Shown here: one piece after another, positions 51,619-64,000 of the stretch
How positions within the stretch are numbered: the first letter of the stretch is position 1
Layout of the letters: the number at the start of each line of letters is the position of its first letter
Assembly: GCA_964016885.1 (NCBI GenBank)
Contig: OZ024745.1
Span: 103,788,001 to 103,852,000, forward strand
Reading direction: 5' to 3'
Length of the DNA stretch: 64,000 bases
Origin: Eledone cirrhosa
Lineage: Eukaryota
The notes under the pieces: model-generated
The model's database searches: none
The model's input: only the letters and a program-made list of their open reading frames with translations
What the model was told of the DNA's origin: nothing
Translations under genes and position numbers: made by a program

Positions 51619-53717
51619 CTGATAATTCACTGTTGCTACGATGAATAAATTATCTCTGCTACATGTAGTTGAAGAGGATTTAAAAGGTTGCGAAGGTCAT
51701 GGATACAGCCACTTCCTCAAGACCAATAAAAAAAATATTGGGTACATTTTCTCAGAAGGTAGGTTGCGCCTATTAACACAAATGACCACTGGAAAGCAAC
51801 GAAAGAGCCACTACCTATGAGAAACATTTTCTCACTTTCCTTCAATTTGATAGCATTTGTAGTCTTTAAAAAATATATATAGAGAGAGAGAACGAAGGGT
51901 ATACTGGGTTATATAGTCGTATATATACTTTGTTTAAAGAAGATAAAAAGAACGCCATAATTATGGCTGGAGCTTTATTTATCATACCTATACATAGGTT
52001 TGTTTAATCAGGATTGATATAGTGGGATTTAATAACAGCAACATCGAATAAAATGGATAGAAAGTAAAATATATGGACCTCCGTCGGTTTCGACAATGAG
52101 TATTCCAAAGGAACGGTCTACTCGTAAAATTAACGAGTTAAATGGCTGAATATTCCACTGACAAAATAATAAGGCTTGAATTTGTCCAAGATGCCACGCT
52201 ATGAGATTGAACCCGAAACTTCACGATTGTGAAAAGAACTATTTAGTCATTCGGCCATACTGGCGTCCGTTATAGTAAGGATAAAACATTGATAAACAAC
52301 AAAATAGTAAGTAATTAAGGAAAAGTACTTTTTAAAAAAAGTAGGTCATATCTAAGGTATCACAAGTAAATCTTCAAACATATCTCCATCCCATCCATTT
52401 ACTTCACAAAATGAATGAATGGAAGATTTTGTTGTGAAAAGCAAAGCGTTTGTTATTATTCTCAAGTGGCTGCTCCTTATTTTGAGGAGATCGGGATGGA
52501 GGGAAATGTTTCCGGAAGGGGTGCGAAATTACTTTGTATATATATATCTTAAATGGCAAACGTGTATTTCAGTACAGCAATCATGGCTTCGGTTCATTGT
52601 ACGGTCGTCGTCACGTGACACTTTTGTTTACATTGTAATGATTTCTAACATGGACGCAAGGTTAAACGTTTTGACGTGTGATGTGGTGTTGTAGATTTAT
52701 CGGCACTTAAACGGACCAAAGAAATCAACTGATACTTATTTTATCTACTTCCAGATGGATGGAAAGCAAAGTCGATCATAACAAATGTTCGCATTTAAAA
52801 AAAAAATCTTTTCCGATTTATTCTACTACTCACTCTCCTACGATATACTCTCTTCTTGTCTTTAGTATTTCTGCTGTAATACCATCACTTCTATGAAATC
52901 TGATATTTTGATGTGGCACCGACGATAGTATGTTTCCTGCGGATATATACCTATTCAAAGTTTTGTCGAGCCGGGAGCTGTTGTAGAGTAATTAAAATAA
53001 AATTGATATATCACTTTGCAATGGTTTAATGCAAGGGCCTTACTTCAGGGGGTACCAGGGGACAAGTCCCCCACCCCCATTTTTTCAAATGTCTATGTTT
53101 TATTTTTTATATAATAAATTCTTTTTAAGCTTATTTTTTTATATCTGAACTTCATTTGAATATATAAAATTTAATTAGGGTAAAATTTTACTTGTGATAG
53201 GGCCCGGGAAAGGCACCATAAGCAATTTATGCTCCTCTAAGAATCAACAAATGTTGGTTTGTCCCCCCACACATTTTTACGCAAACGAGGCCCCTGGTCT
53301 AATGTATAGACAAGACAGACAGAAAAGATAAACTAATGATATAGGATGACTGGAATATCAAATTAAAAAGGGTTATACTCAGTTCCGGATTCAAGACAAA
53401 TGAGGCCCTGTGTCATGGGGCCCCTTACTTGAAAAATATTTGAAAAATCCATCGGAAAAACTTTTGGGGCAGGAAGATGACCCCCCCCCCCCCTTCTCCT
53501 GGCCAACGAGGCCCTGTGATTATCCCTACGCGCCCTGAGGGAGAGATTCCCCGCGAAGATTTGAAGAATCTCGCTCTCGCACCCGGAACTTCGAACCAGC
53601 AACACGTACAACATGTGACGGTGAGATTTTGCACTTTGGCTTGCCGGCTTTCCGGCACAATGACACATTCCCTTTTGTAACCTCATTTTATGTGTAACTT
53701 CAACCATACAAGTTAAC

Positions 53718-55190
53718 ATCTGAGTTCAAATCCCGCCGAGGTTAACTTTGCCTTTCATCCTTACGGGGTCGATAAATTAAAGTACCAGTAATGCACTGGG
53801 TAATTGCTGGTCTTGTGCCTAACGTAGAAACAATTATTTGTGCTACAACAAAAATAAACATACATTTCATCTCTAATTTCTGCTGTTGACATCATTATTA
53901 TGTTACTCGTGTCTCAATAACATTTACACACTATGCTGCTAAACACACCTAAGCACAATGGTAAATCCGGCACTGGTTACACTAAATGGGGAGACTGTAC
54001 AGTCAGTTAGAGCAACATACTGCCGAAGTGAGCATAGACCATTTCGTATATGGTCGAAACATGCTCCCAACATATCACATCACTTATATTTTAGTCTGTC
54101 TCTATAACTTCTAGATATGTTCTCGTCTTTTGTTCGTTTACACCAGTAAACAAAACTTTATCATAATGAACTTCGTTTGGGGTGTGTTTGAGAAGCTCAA
54201 GTTAAGAAACAGCTGGTTTAGGATTCGACTTTGTAAAACTTAAAGATCATGCTATCTCCAAAGAATTCCAGGCAACTCTTATGGGGCGGGGTTTACACCA
54301 CTATCCCAAGAAGAAGAAGACCTTGAGGTTATCAGATGCAAATTCAACACTATAATGACTAAGACTTCAAGCGTGGTTCTGGAGTATAGCCACCGCAAAC
54401 ACAAACCTTAGGTCACAAACAAGGTATTGGACGTGTGTGACAAAAGAAGGACATTAAAGATAGCTAAAAATATACCAGAAGGGAGGATAAAATATAAGAA
54501 AACCAAGGAAATTAATGAGGAATTGAGATAAGACGAGAAGATTTGTAAAATCATCCAGCATCACACGTGAAGTGATATTTTAGTGTGGTGTTATGAAAGA
54601 GGGTGTATAAACACGACAAATACAATGATCTGGGTTAGAGATTAAACTTTACTTCACTTCTTCATAAAGGAAAAAGAATGAGGGTCGGACGCCATGCTTT
54701 GCAGCACAGTTACGTCCCTTTGCGGACTGAGTTCAAATCCCGCCGAGGTTAACTTTGCCTTTCATCCTTACGGGGGTCGATAAAATAAAGTACCAGTAAT
54801 ACACTGGGATAATTGCTGGCCTTGTGCCAAAAAGTAGAAACAATTATTATGTAGTAGTATCGGTAGAGAGTCGGACACCATGCTTTGCATCCTTACGGGT
54901 CGATAAAATAAAGTACCAGTAATGTACTGCGGTCGATTTAATTGACTTTCCTCTCCCCTTCAAATTCCTGGCTTTGTGCCTAAATCAGAAACCATTATTA
55001 TGCAGCAGTATCGGTAGAGCGTCAGACTCTATACTTTGCAGCATAGAGTTATGGTCCTTTACGGTCTGAGTTCAAATCCGGTTGAGGTTAACTTTGCCTT
55101 TCATTCTTACAGGGTCGATAAAATAAGACACCAGTTATGCACTGGAATAATTGTTGGCCTTGTGCCAAAAGTAGAAATAATTATTATGCT
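53718..55190 (+). mobile_element. SINE copies (53718-53836; three at 54680-55190) around a decayed RTE ORF2 linker fragment (54160-54560)
   Basis: SINE cores; linker RIRFDFVKLKD..EFQA..KFNTIMT..RKHKP*VT..VLDVCDKRR.LK. Confidence 0.75.
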
Positions 55191-55238
55191 GCGTTCGATT
55201 ACAAAGCGACAAGTTGTTTCAGTATGTACATATGTAGA

Positions 55239-55705
55239 TGTAGCGAAATCTGTCCACGCCTTGAACCTTGGGTGACACCTAAAAGTCAAATTCTAGGTCA
55301 CCATCTTTTTCAGTGTGGACAGGTTCATGCGTGGGCGATCCCTCAAGATGGGAAACAGAAAGCGACAGGTATATAAATCCTATATTTTCCCACGTTTTAC
55401 ACACAGGAGATCGAAGCAGTACGCTATAGTTCTAACTATGTAAAGATTCAACGCTACCTACAGACCGCAGAGGTCTACAGACAATTACAGACCATTACTT
55501 TCTCTTTCACCTGGTCGCAGACTACACCAGCCTCATGAACCAACAACAAAATAACATTGTCAACCTTCGCAACTCGTGGTAACTTGTTTATTGTTCTTTT
55601 TGAAGTAAACCTTTTTGTATATAAAGTAATTCAGCTATTCTTGTTAATTCATCTAACAACCATGTTATTATCTCTAACAAACAACCACTAATACCCTTCG
55701 TTAAA
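55239..55705 (+). mobile_element. Solo-LTR-like element with a single internal 83-bp-type unit
   Basis: TGTAGCGAA...TTCGTTAAA ends; TATATAAA near 55370; collinear with 42406-44176. Confidence 0.7.
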
Positions 55706-57316
55706 CATACCACCATAGGTAGTAGTAAGCTCGCAGTGCAAAGGAGCTGTATGATTCTCTGTGTGTAGTTGAAATGCTAATGGAAGAATGGTTGTTAGGC
55801 CTTTGTCGACAGGGCCGAAGCTTTTTTGCTTAGTGTTATATCTCGCTAGTGATGCTTCTCTTCCGAGTTACCAGAGTCGACTGAGACTAAAGAAGAAGAA
55901 CTTATCTCGCTTTCACCTCGAGCTGACCAGCCAATCCCGACCACTGACACCAACCCAGATAAAAGAGAAATGGCAGCTAGATGTCATTCGTGGAACAGTG
56001 TGTGACGAGGTTTCGCTACACACGTGCCCCCATGAAAACTTTTCACAGCGATGAAAGAAAAATTAAATGAAATGATAACAAAAACTATATAACAAAAGCT
56101 TTGCAAAAATCATTCTTCAATGAACTGTGGAAAGGAAGAAATAAACGCAGGCGGCAGAAAATATAGACGGTCAACACCAAGAAATGGATAGGCTAATCGT
56201 TAGCGGAGACGAAAGATTTAAAATCAAATTGTTCTATTAAGCCTTAGAAAATTTCCGAAACGGAAACATTGTAAACCTTGACGATAAGCTGCAAGATTTG
56301 CTCTAAGGCAAATAAAAATAGATACTCAAACACTCAACACAATACTTAGATTAAAACACAAAACATGAAGAAACTCTGCATCATATAACAAGTAATGACA
56401 ACATTTGTTGTAATATTTCAGTCTAAACCAAAAGGAAAAGAAGAATATATTGCATGTAGTGCCAAAACTAGTTTTTTAAAGCTAACAATTATATATGTAC
56501 ATACACACTCACACATATATGTACACACACATGCATGCATATACTATTGCGTAAGACCAACTTTTTTGCACATCTTTCTCCTCCCCATAAAGATGCCGTT
56601 CCTCCACATCGTGGGCTCTCAAGAGAATGAAGACATACACCAGCATTACAAGACCTCTACCCAGCAGGCACCGACAGTACTCCAACGTTGAACACAGCAG
56701 CATTGGCAACCAAAGAGTTGCGACTTATCCTGCCGATGCTACACATTTCAAGAGATGAAACTACAACAGACCTGTCAACTCTCCCCGTCCGACGGGGAGA
56801 TCTCCCACCCACTTTGGAGTGGGTGAGAGATGTCTTCTCTTGCGAAAATGGGTATAGCTTTCATTATGTAAAATCTCCCAATTTTTGCTTCATTTCACCC
56901 CTTGTTTTTGGAGCACTTTTTTTTATATGGTACTCCCAGTTTGGGTTTTAGAAGTTGGCAGGTTTGCTAATGAAAGTGGTGGTATTTCATTGTCCGAGAT
57001 GCACGTGATACTCGAATCGCCACAACGAAAGGCCCATCGCTTGTATGTGGCTCTTTCAAGCCTATGTCCTGACTTGTGCTGTGTGGCGTACGAGTAAAAC
57101 ATTAAAAATTATGGGTGTAAAAAGTGTCTACACATTAGATTTATAGTAACAAATACTTGTTTAACATGAGAACAACTCTCTAAATTTGTGAAACTGTTAA
57201 GCTAGTAGCGGGAAAAAAAACTAAGGAAGATGGCAGGATACTTCAAACTCCACAGACTTCAAGTAAGAGTGTCCATCTCTCATAGGTGTATGTATGTATG
57301 TATGTATGTATGTATG

Positions 57317-57379
<63 letters not shown>

Positions 57380-57468
57380 AAAGCTAAATAGAAATGACAA
57401 AGCAAACATCACAGTACAATGAATAAACATATTAGATTAGTTTCACGCTTCATATAGTAGGGAAAGAG

Positions 57469-57504
57469 TCATAACGTTTCGGACAATAGCTCTTCGTCAG
57501 AAAA
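57469..57504 (-). ncRNA. Hammerhead motif (family D), stems partly decayed
   Basis: TTTT-CTGACGA-A-GAGC(TATT)GTCC-GAAA-CG-TT; palindromic AACGTT stem III. Confidence 0.5.
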
Positions 57505-57629
57505 TAGAAAGATAGAAGAGAGTGAGCAGTGGCAGAAACAAAAAAACGTGTTTTTTTCAGATCGCCATCTCTTGGGAAACTTGAATTCAGCGTTAGTATA
57601 AAAAGTTCAGTTGGCCGCCTTTTGAAAGG

Positions 57630-57677
<48 letters not shown>

Positions 57678-57946
57678 TTATACACTCGCGACCTCGCGTC
57701 GCAAAACTCTATTTTCGAGTTAATTTGTATATATATATATATATATATATATTCCTTTTATATATATATATGTAGGAGGTGAGTTTTATTGTAGCACAAT
57801 AAAGCAATGCAAATATCGGATAAGTAGCACTCTACAGTTTGTAGGACTGGAGTATAAAATATAAGATCAAAAGATTGTTAAAAGAGTTCCAAGTATATGG
57901 TGATTTATTCACAAGTGTTTTTTAAGCTTCATATCATGTATCCCTA

Positions 57947-58013
57947 TTTTATCTGATGAAAACGCAAATATCATCCCATGATAATATTTGTTTTTGAAAT
58001 GCGCATAATAAAA
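57947..58013 (+). ncRNA. Type I hammerhead ribozyme (family F) with long stem II
   Basis: TTTTAT-CTGATGA-AAACGCAAATAT(CATCCCATGATA)ATATTTGTTTTT-GAAA-TGCGCA-TA-ATAAAA. Stem I is 6 bp, stem III is palindromic, predicted cut after 58007. An upstream KIKRLLKE remnant resembles a GIY-YIG C-terminus. Confidence 0.8.
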
Positions 58014-58115
58014 TCATGGGATGATATCTATATATATATATATATATATAATATATATATATATAAAATAAAGTAAAATAAAAAGTCAAATGTTTAAAAT
58101 TTAGCTTCGTTTATT

Positions 58116-58170
58116 ACTGCTATATATATTTCGGTGACAGCCATCTTTGGCTGTGACCTCTTCAGGCAGT
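58116..58170 (-). ncRNA. Minimal type I hammerhead ribozyme (family A)
   Basis: ACTGC-CTGAAGA-GGTCACAGCC(AAAGAT)GGCTGTCACC-GAAA-TATATA-TA-GCAGT. Confidence 0.85.
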
Positions 58171-59010
58171 CCGAATTAGTGTGGTATAGACAAGTACATA
58201 TGTTGTTGAGGTGTATAATTTTGTCAATACTCTGATATGCCCAGTTCCTGGTTGGGTTGGGTTGTTATTTCACTGAGGAACTGGAATCATATGAATTCAA
58301 ACAAACGAATTTGAGTGTCAAAGGGCCTCTTCTCTTCTCATTGGTCAATTGTTAGAACATTACTCATTCAAAAGTCTATAGAAATTCGTTCTGAGGCAAG
58401 CCAATCTGTAGTTGTTTTTCTTGTTATTGTTAGGTACATCTGACCTCAATTCTTGTGTTGGTAGTGTTGTTATTGTTGGAGTTAGCTTAAAAAATTGATA
58501 AAGTGGTTTAAGGAACAAGCTGGTAAAGGAACAAAATAACAAAAAAATGTCAAACTTCCCATTGGTCAGTTTTGAGAGCATTCCTCAGTCAGAAGTCTAT
58601 AGAAATTCTTTCTGGGGTGAGGCTCCCTGTAGAGTTTGCTATTGTTAAGTACATTTGACCTCTACCCTTATTTCGGTAGTGTTGTTGGTGTTGTGGTCGA
58701 CTTATGTCTTGCTGCTGCTGACAATTTAGAAGTATCTGTGTGTGTTTTTTTATCCCTCCTGCCACCATCTCCCGTGGTGGTGGTGGTGGGGGGGGGGGGG
58801 GGTTCTTCCATGTATATAAAGAAATATAAGGCAATAAATGAAGAAAACAGAAAATAAATAATAAATAGAGAATAAAGAATAAATGAAAAATTGGTGAAAA
58901 AGTAATGAAAATGAATATGGAAAGTGAAAAATAAAACCAACCTGCGCACTTCGTCGAGTGCTCCAAGCTGCATACTGGGGTGTTGGTATACAACCAGCAT
59001 ATACTCAAAA

Positions 59011-59061
<51 letters not shown>

Positions 59062-59063
<2 letters not shown>

Positions 59064-59511
59064 TGGCTGCCAACTCGTTTTCGAGTACGGCCACCACTTT
59101 ATATCCATGTAGGAGAACCCCCACCGATGCGCTGAACGAGTGTGACCCTCTAGTCCAGCCAGCGACTTGAAAACTCTGGTACAAACACTACACTTGTGAC
59201 AATTACTGACACATAGTGCTGGGCCCATGGTACCATGTGACGACAAGTGCAGAGAGATCTCCAGATATAAAGCAATACCTGTGCTGTGAAGCTTTTATAG
59301 TGAGCAAAGGCACTGCACAAAGCCAGTCCCACTCTCTTAACCAAGATGATATTTACCAAAAAGAAGAACAAGTCAACATCATTGGATACCATCAAGGTTG
59401 CAGGTGTTATATCAGAGTTTTCCTTCTCCTAGAATTCTGCCTTGACAAAGGCTAAGGGGTCATCTCTCCCAGTGATTTTGGATGGCCATTGACTCTTAAG
59501 AGCTCCTTTGC

Positions 59512-59512
<1 letters not shown>
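59062..59512 (-). mobile_element. ~450-bp short non-autonomous retroelement with a zinc-finger RTE 3' end, flanked by (TA)n on both sides
   Basis: The 5' part contains CTAGGAGAAGGAAAACTCTGA; the 3' part encodes CSVCTRVFKSLAGLEGHTRSAH and carries the conserved terminal hairpin. Confidence 0.65.
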
Positions 59513-59597
<85 letters not shown>

Positions 59598-59637
59598 TAT
59601 ATATATAGTGTGTATATATATGCCTATATACATATAT

Positions 59638-59870
59638 AAAAGCTTCGCGGCACAGGCATTGCTTTATATCTGGAGATCTCTCTGCACTTGTCATCACGTG
59701 GTACCATGGGCCCAACACTATGTGTCAATAATTGTCACAAGTGTAGTGATCGTGCCAGTTTTCAAGTCGCTGGCTGGACTAAAAAGTCACACTCGTTCAG
59801 CGCATCGGTAGGGGTTCTCCTACATGGATATAAAGTAGTGGCCGTACTCGAAAACGAGTTGGCAGCCACC

Positions 59871-59872
<2 letters not shown>
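59638..59872 (+). mobile_element. 5'-truncated copy of the same short element, inverted relative to 59062-59298
   Basis: About 235 bp of reverse-complement match; [16 protein letters not shown]. Confidence 0.85.
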
Positions 59873-59924
<52 letters not shown>

Positions 59925-60186
59925 TGTTGATATATCCCTAATGCTGTTCTATTATGTTTCACATTCTGCTTTCTATTCAACCTGTTATCAACTACCAACA
60001 ACTACTAACTCTCATCCTACCCTACAATTCGAACCACTGTTTCTCCGTCACATTCATATTCATATATACTTTTCTTTTAGTTTCTTGAACATCAATTCAT
60101 TTCTATCCACACTCTCAGCAATATATCCATTGAAAGAACGAAGACTACATCGAGGATCCTTTAAGCCTTGTATATTCAAATATGCA

Positions 60187-60310
60187 GGCGGCGAATTGGC
60201 AGATTCATTAGTACGTCGGATATAATGCTTTGGGGTATTTGTTCCGACTCTCTGCGTTCTGAGTTCAATTCCCGCCAAGGTCAACTCTGCCTTTTATTCT
60301 TTCGAGGTCT
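60187..60310 (+). mobile_element. tRNA-derived SINE, 3'-truncated
   Basis: GGCGGCGAATTGGCAGA..GAGTTCAATTCCCGCC..GCCTTTTATTCTTTCGAGGTC. Confidence 0.75.
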
Positions 60311-60784
60311 ATCATCCTCTCTATCACTCTTTCGAAGAAATCGACTGTGTTCAGGCCTGGAGATGAGATGGGCTTCACCAGGTTTTTTAAAAAATGCCCA
60401 CGAAACATCTTATGTCACTATGGTGCCCTTAGACTTCATCGGGAGTTACGGGTACATACATATATGCATGAACACCCGCCACTTATAAACACGCACACAC
60501 GTATACACATACACACTCATATGTTTATATATTTACCGTTAGATGTCGTTGCCCAAATAATTAATAATTTATATGAACATTTATTGAATCATTTTGTTGA
60601 AAAATGCCTCGTTGAGACTATGGCGCCCACAGCGGAATACGTATATCTCTTGTTACCAAGTATGTATACTCTTGGTAGTAATAGGAAGTGGTGGAGGTTA
60701 AAAGCAAAATCAAATACAATATCCATTAAGATGAAGGATTTGATAGCTGAGGTGTTGGTGTGTGTCCATGAAACATACACATAT

Positions 60785-61107
60785 ATACACAAGATCCGAA
60801 CACAAAAGAACCAAACTCCCACTCTCACTTCATCCATCCCTCCCGCTCTCCCCATCTCTCACTATTATGAGCAAATGGGGGCTTACGTGCTGGACGCCAC
60901 ACGGCCCCGGCGGACGGATCGGAGAAGGTGTTTCCCCGGAGGATGGTGAGGGAAACGTGCTGGATGAGCCATTCCAGTTCGCGAGGCTCATACCTGCGGG
61001 TAGCAAACTCTGTGCCGATGGTGGTGAGCAGGGAGGTGGCCCTAGGACCAAGGACACTAGAAGTATCCACTGCCACGGGCTCGACCACAAACCTGTCGGA
61101 GAGCAAC
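60785..61107 (-). mobile_element. CRE-like family A 3' end
   Basis: LSDRFVVEPVAVDTSSVLGPRATSLLTTIG..EPRELEWLIQHVSLTILRGN plus the UTR shared with 47570-47838. Confidence 0.85.
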
Positions 61108-61490
61108 AGAGGAAGTAAATTTCATGCTGAGCCATGACACATAGTTTCATCCGGTTGGGTACAAAAATAGCTGTCATTTGTCTGTTCCGGGTTGTTTTAT
61201 ATTCAACTCCAAGTGGTTGTTTGCTTTTTACTTGTGGTTACAGAGGGTTTCTGTGATTTTGAATGTCAACTGATAAAAGAGATATTTCTCGAAACCAAAC
61301 GTTCTGTAACAATAGACATACTATGAGGTATTTTTGTTTTACCTTCTTTCCGTTTATTCTTTCAGTTAGATTTATGTCGTAGCTCGAAATGAGTGGTTTG
61401 GTGAAAAATATATTTGTTAAGAGTAATCACGATGCATCATATGGTGCATGTATTTTTCTTGTTACCGAATACACACACACACACACACAC

Positions 61491-61526
<36 letters not shown>

Positions 61527-61716
61527 CGAAGGAGTTGTGGTAAGGAACCAGATGGACCATAACGCACCAGAATACTCAATACTTAGAGTAGTAGAGTTGG
61601 TATTTCTGGACTAGAAATAGCCGTCGAAACGGCTTGAGCTCTGCCGTCGGGGTCATACTTTTTCACACACATATATATGTATGTATGTATGTATGTATGA
61701 ATGTATGTATGTATGA

Positions 61717-61803
<87 letters not shown>

Positions 61804-61848
61804 ATGGAATACGGTTAGCTTCTCGCTACAACAATTTCTATACTTTTC

Positions 61849-61897
<49 letters not shown>

Positions 61898-62042
61898 TTT
61901 TGAGTTTATGTTGGTTGTATACCAACACCTCAGTATGCAGGCTGAAGCACTCGACGAAGTGCGCAGGTTGGTTTGGTTACTCCGGAGTATTGTAAAATAA
62001 AGTTAAATAAAGTCAAATGATTAAAATTTAGCTTCGTTTATT

Positions 62043-62097
62043 ACTGCTATATATATTTCAGTGGCAGCCATCTTTGGCTGTGACCTCTTCAGGCAGT
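62043..62097 (-). ncRNA. Minimal type I hammerhead ribozyme (family A), left arm of an inverted repeat
   Basis: Same fold as 58116-58170, with G-U at the base of stem II. Confidence 0.8.
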
Positions 62098-62251
62098 TTG
62101 AATTAGTATGGTATAGACAAGTACATATGTTGTCATATGACTCCAGTTCCTCAGTGAATTAACAACCAAACAAGGAACTGGGCATATCAGAGTATTGACA
62201 ATATTATACACCTAAACAACATATGTACTTGTCTATACCATACTAATTCAA

Positions 62252-62306
62252 ACTGCCTGAAGAGGTCACAGCCAAAGATGGCTGTCACTGAAATATATAT
62301 AGCAGT
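62252..62306 (+). ncRNA. Minimal type I hammerhead ribozyme (family A), right arm of an inverted repeat
   Basis: ACTGC-CTGAAGA-GGTCACAGCC(AAAGAT)GGCTGTCACT-GAAA-TATATA-TA-GCAGT. Confidence 0.8.
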
Positions 62307-62350
62307 AATAAACGAAGCTAAATTTTAATCATTTGACTTTTATTTAACTT

Positions 62351-62454
<104 letters not shown>

Positions 62455-63030
62455 GTATATATTATATTATATTATAAGAACAGGTTAAAGTTTAAGTAAA
62501 GAATCGCTTTCATCCTTAACGGGATCTTCTGAAAGCACCGATTCTTTGCTTAAACTTTAATCTGTTCTTATAATAAATATTTGCTCTACGGGTTTATATA
62601 TATATAATTCTTATCGAGCCCTCTTTGAATCTTAGTCTCCACATTTATTATTACGATATATATATATTGTTATATTTTGAGAGGGTCATGTTGCCAATGA
62701 AAACACACGCACCTGTTAGTTTTCACATAGTTCACAAAAACAAGATGGTGTAGGAGAGACACAAAATAACAAATTAGTCACTGAAGAGGTCACAGAATGT
62801 GTGACCAAAGAGTTTTGACAACAAACAAATAAACAACCATCTGGTTATTAAACTAACCAACTGCAAGTCTATAATATATTGAAGTGAAAACCAACAGGTG
62901 CGTGTGTTTTTATTAGCAGCATGACCCTCCCAAAGTTTAACAATATCTGTTTCAACACACGTTTTCTGATAAGAAACCTTGTAAAACAAATAAAAAACGA
63001 AATTGCAAACTTGACTGTCACCGCAGAATA

Positions 63031-63069
63031 TGAACCTGAAGATTGCGAAAGCACGAAAGTACTTGTTCA
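63031..63069 (+). ncRNA. Minimal type I hammerhead ribozyme (family B)
   Basis: TGAAC-CTGAAGA-T-TGC(GAAA)GCA-C-GAAA-GTAC-TT-GTTCA; GNRA-capped stem II, palindromic stem III, predicted cut after 63064. Confidence 0.85.
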
Positions 63070-63103
63070 ATTAACACTTAACATTTAATATTCTACCATA
63101 CTA

Positions 63104-63542
63104 TCTATCTATCTAAGGCGGGTAAAATTCCCGAGATCCATGGACGAGTTCTCTCCAGCGGTCTCTGTCCCTCATTATCGCTGCCATATCCTGCATCTCC
63201 AACAGACCAGTGTCTGTCCTTAGGGCATCAACATATGTTAACCTTGGTCTTCCTCATCTAGTGTGTCCATGTAGGGGCTCCCAAAGGAGCACTGAGTGCA
63301 ATGTCAACTCTGGATGTCGGTGAGCATGTCCAGCCAACCTCAGTCTCCTCTGTGTCACTTTTGAGCTGACTTTTGGGATGCTCCCATACAGCTCTGAGTT
63401 TTTCATCCTCAGTGTATACTGATTAATGTTCAGAGCCATCCTCAGCATTCTCGTGTAGCACCCATCCACCATCTGAGTGAGTCTCTTGGTCAGTGTCCAA
63501 GTCTCAGACCCATACAGCAGCACAGACTCCACTACAGCAATG
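63104..63542 (-). mobile_element. RTE LINE 3' fragment with (TAGA)n tail, inserted into the family B hammerhead repeat
   Basis: VESVLLYGSETWTLTK..DGCYTRMLRMALN..RRLRLAGH..LLWEP.HG..GRP; the flanks rejoin to match the uninterrupted copy at 24850-24880. Confidence 0.9.
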
Positions 63543-63661
63543 ATTTCATTCTAATACCATTATACATTTTAAAGGATTGTAAATAAAACGAGTAAATCAG
63601 ACAAAGTTGGAATTCCTTTTATTAATATAATCTTCTATACACAATCATACACACCCGTGTA

Positions 63662-63772
<111 letters not shown>

Positions 63773-64000
63773 CTATCTATGTATGCATGAATGTGTGTAT
63801 GTGTTTGTGAGTTGCAAGTAAAGTCTTCTGGGGTCTTTTCGGTTGTCAAAGACATGACATCACCCCTAGTGCTGATGCATGATAAATTACACCCAGTTCA
63901 CTCTGTAAAGTGGTCGTGTTGGTGTCACGACAAAAAGCGCCCAGTCCACATTGTAAAGTGGTCGTTTTGATGCCTCGATAAAAAGCATCCAGTCCACACT

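Overview
AT-rich, gene-poor animal DNA dominated by (TA)n/(CA)n microsatellites and interspersed repeats. The repeat inventory is most consistent with a coleoid cephalopod (Octopus-like) intron or intergenic region; this is an inference. No complete host gene is visible. The only credible host coding candidate is a roughly 370-codon Gly/Ser-rich putative terminal exon on the minus strand (7450-6339) that the ORF track misses. Mobile elements include several RTE-clade LINE fragments, a Tx1-like 3' fragment, two families of CRE-like RLE retrotransposons, an internally deleted Gypsy element with a circularly permuted pol remnant, solo-LTR-like elements (one with 17 x 83-bp internal repeats), a non-autonomous Helitron, MITEs, and many tRNA-derived SINEs including a 7 x 189-bp tandem array. 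The strongest unannotated signal is a set of at least 9 intact-looking and about 7 decayed minimal type I hammerhead ribozymes from several unrelated Penelope-like families. These include head-to-head palindromic pairs, a dense cluster at 57.4-63.1 kb, and one ribozyme whose loop II is complementary to its own 3' tail. All ribozyme folds were read by eye; activity is untested.
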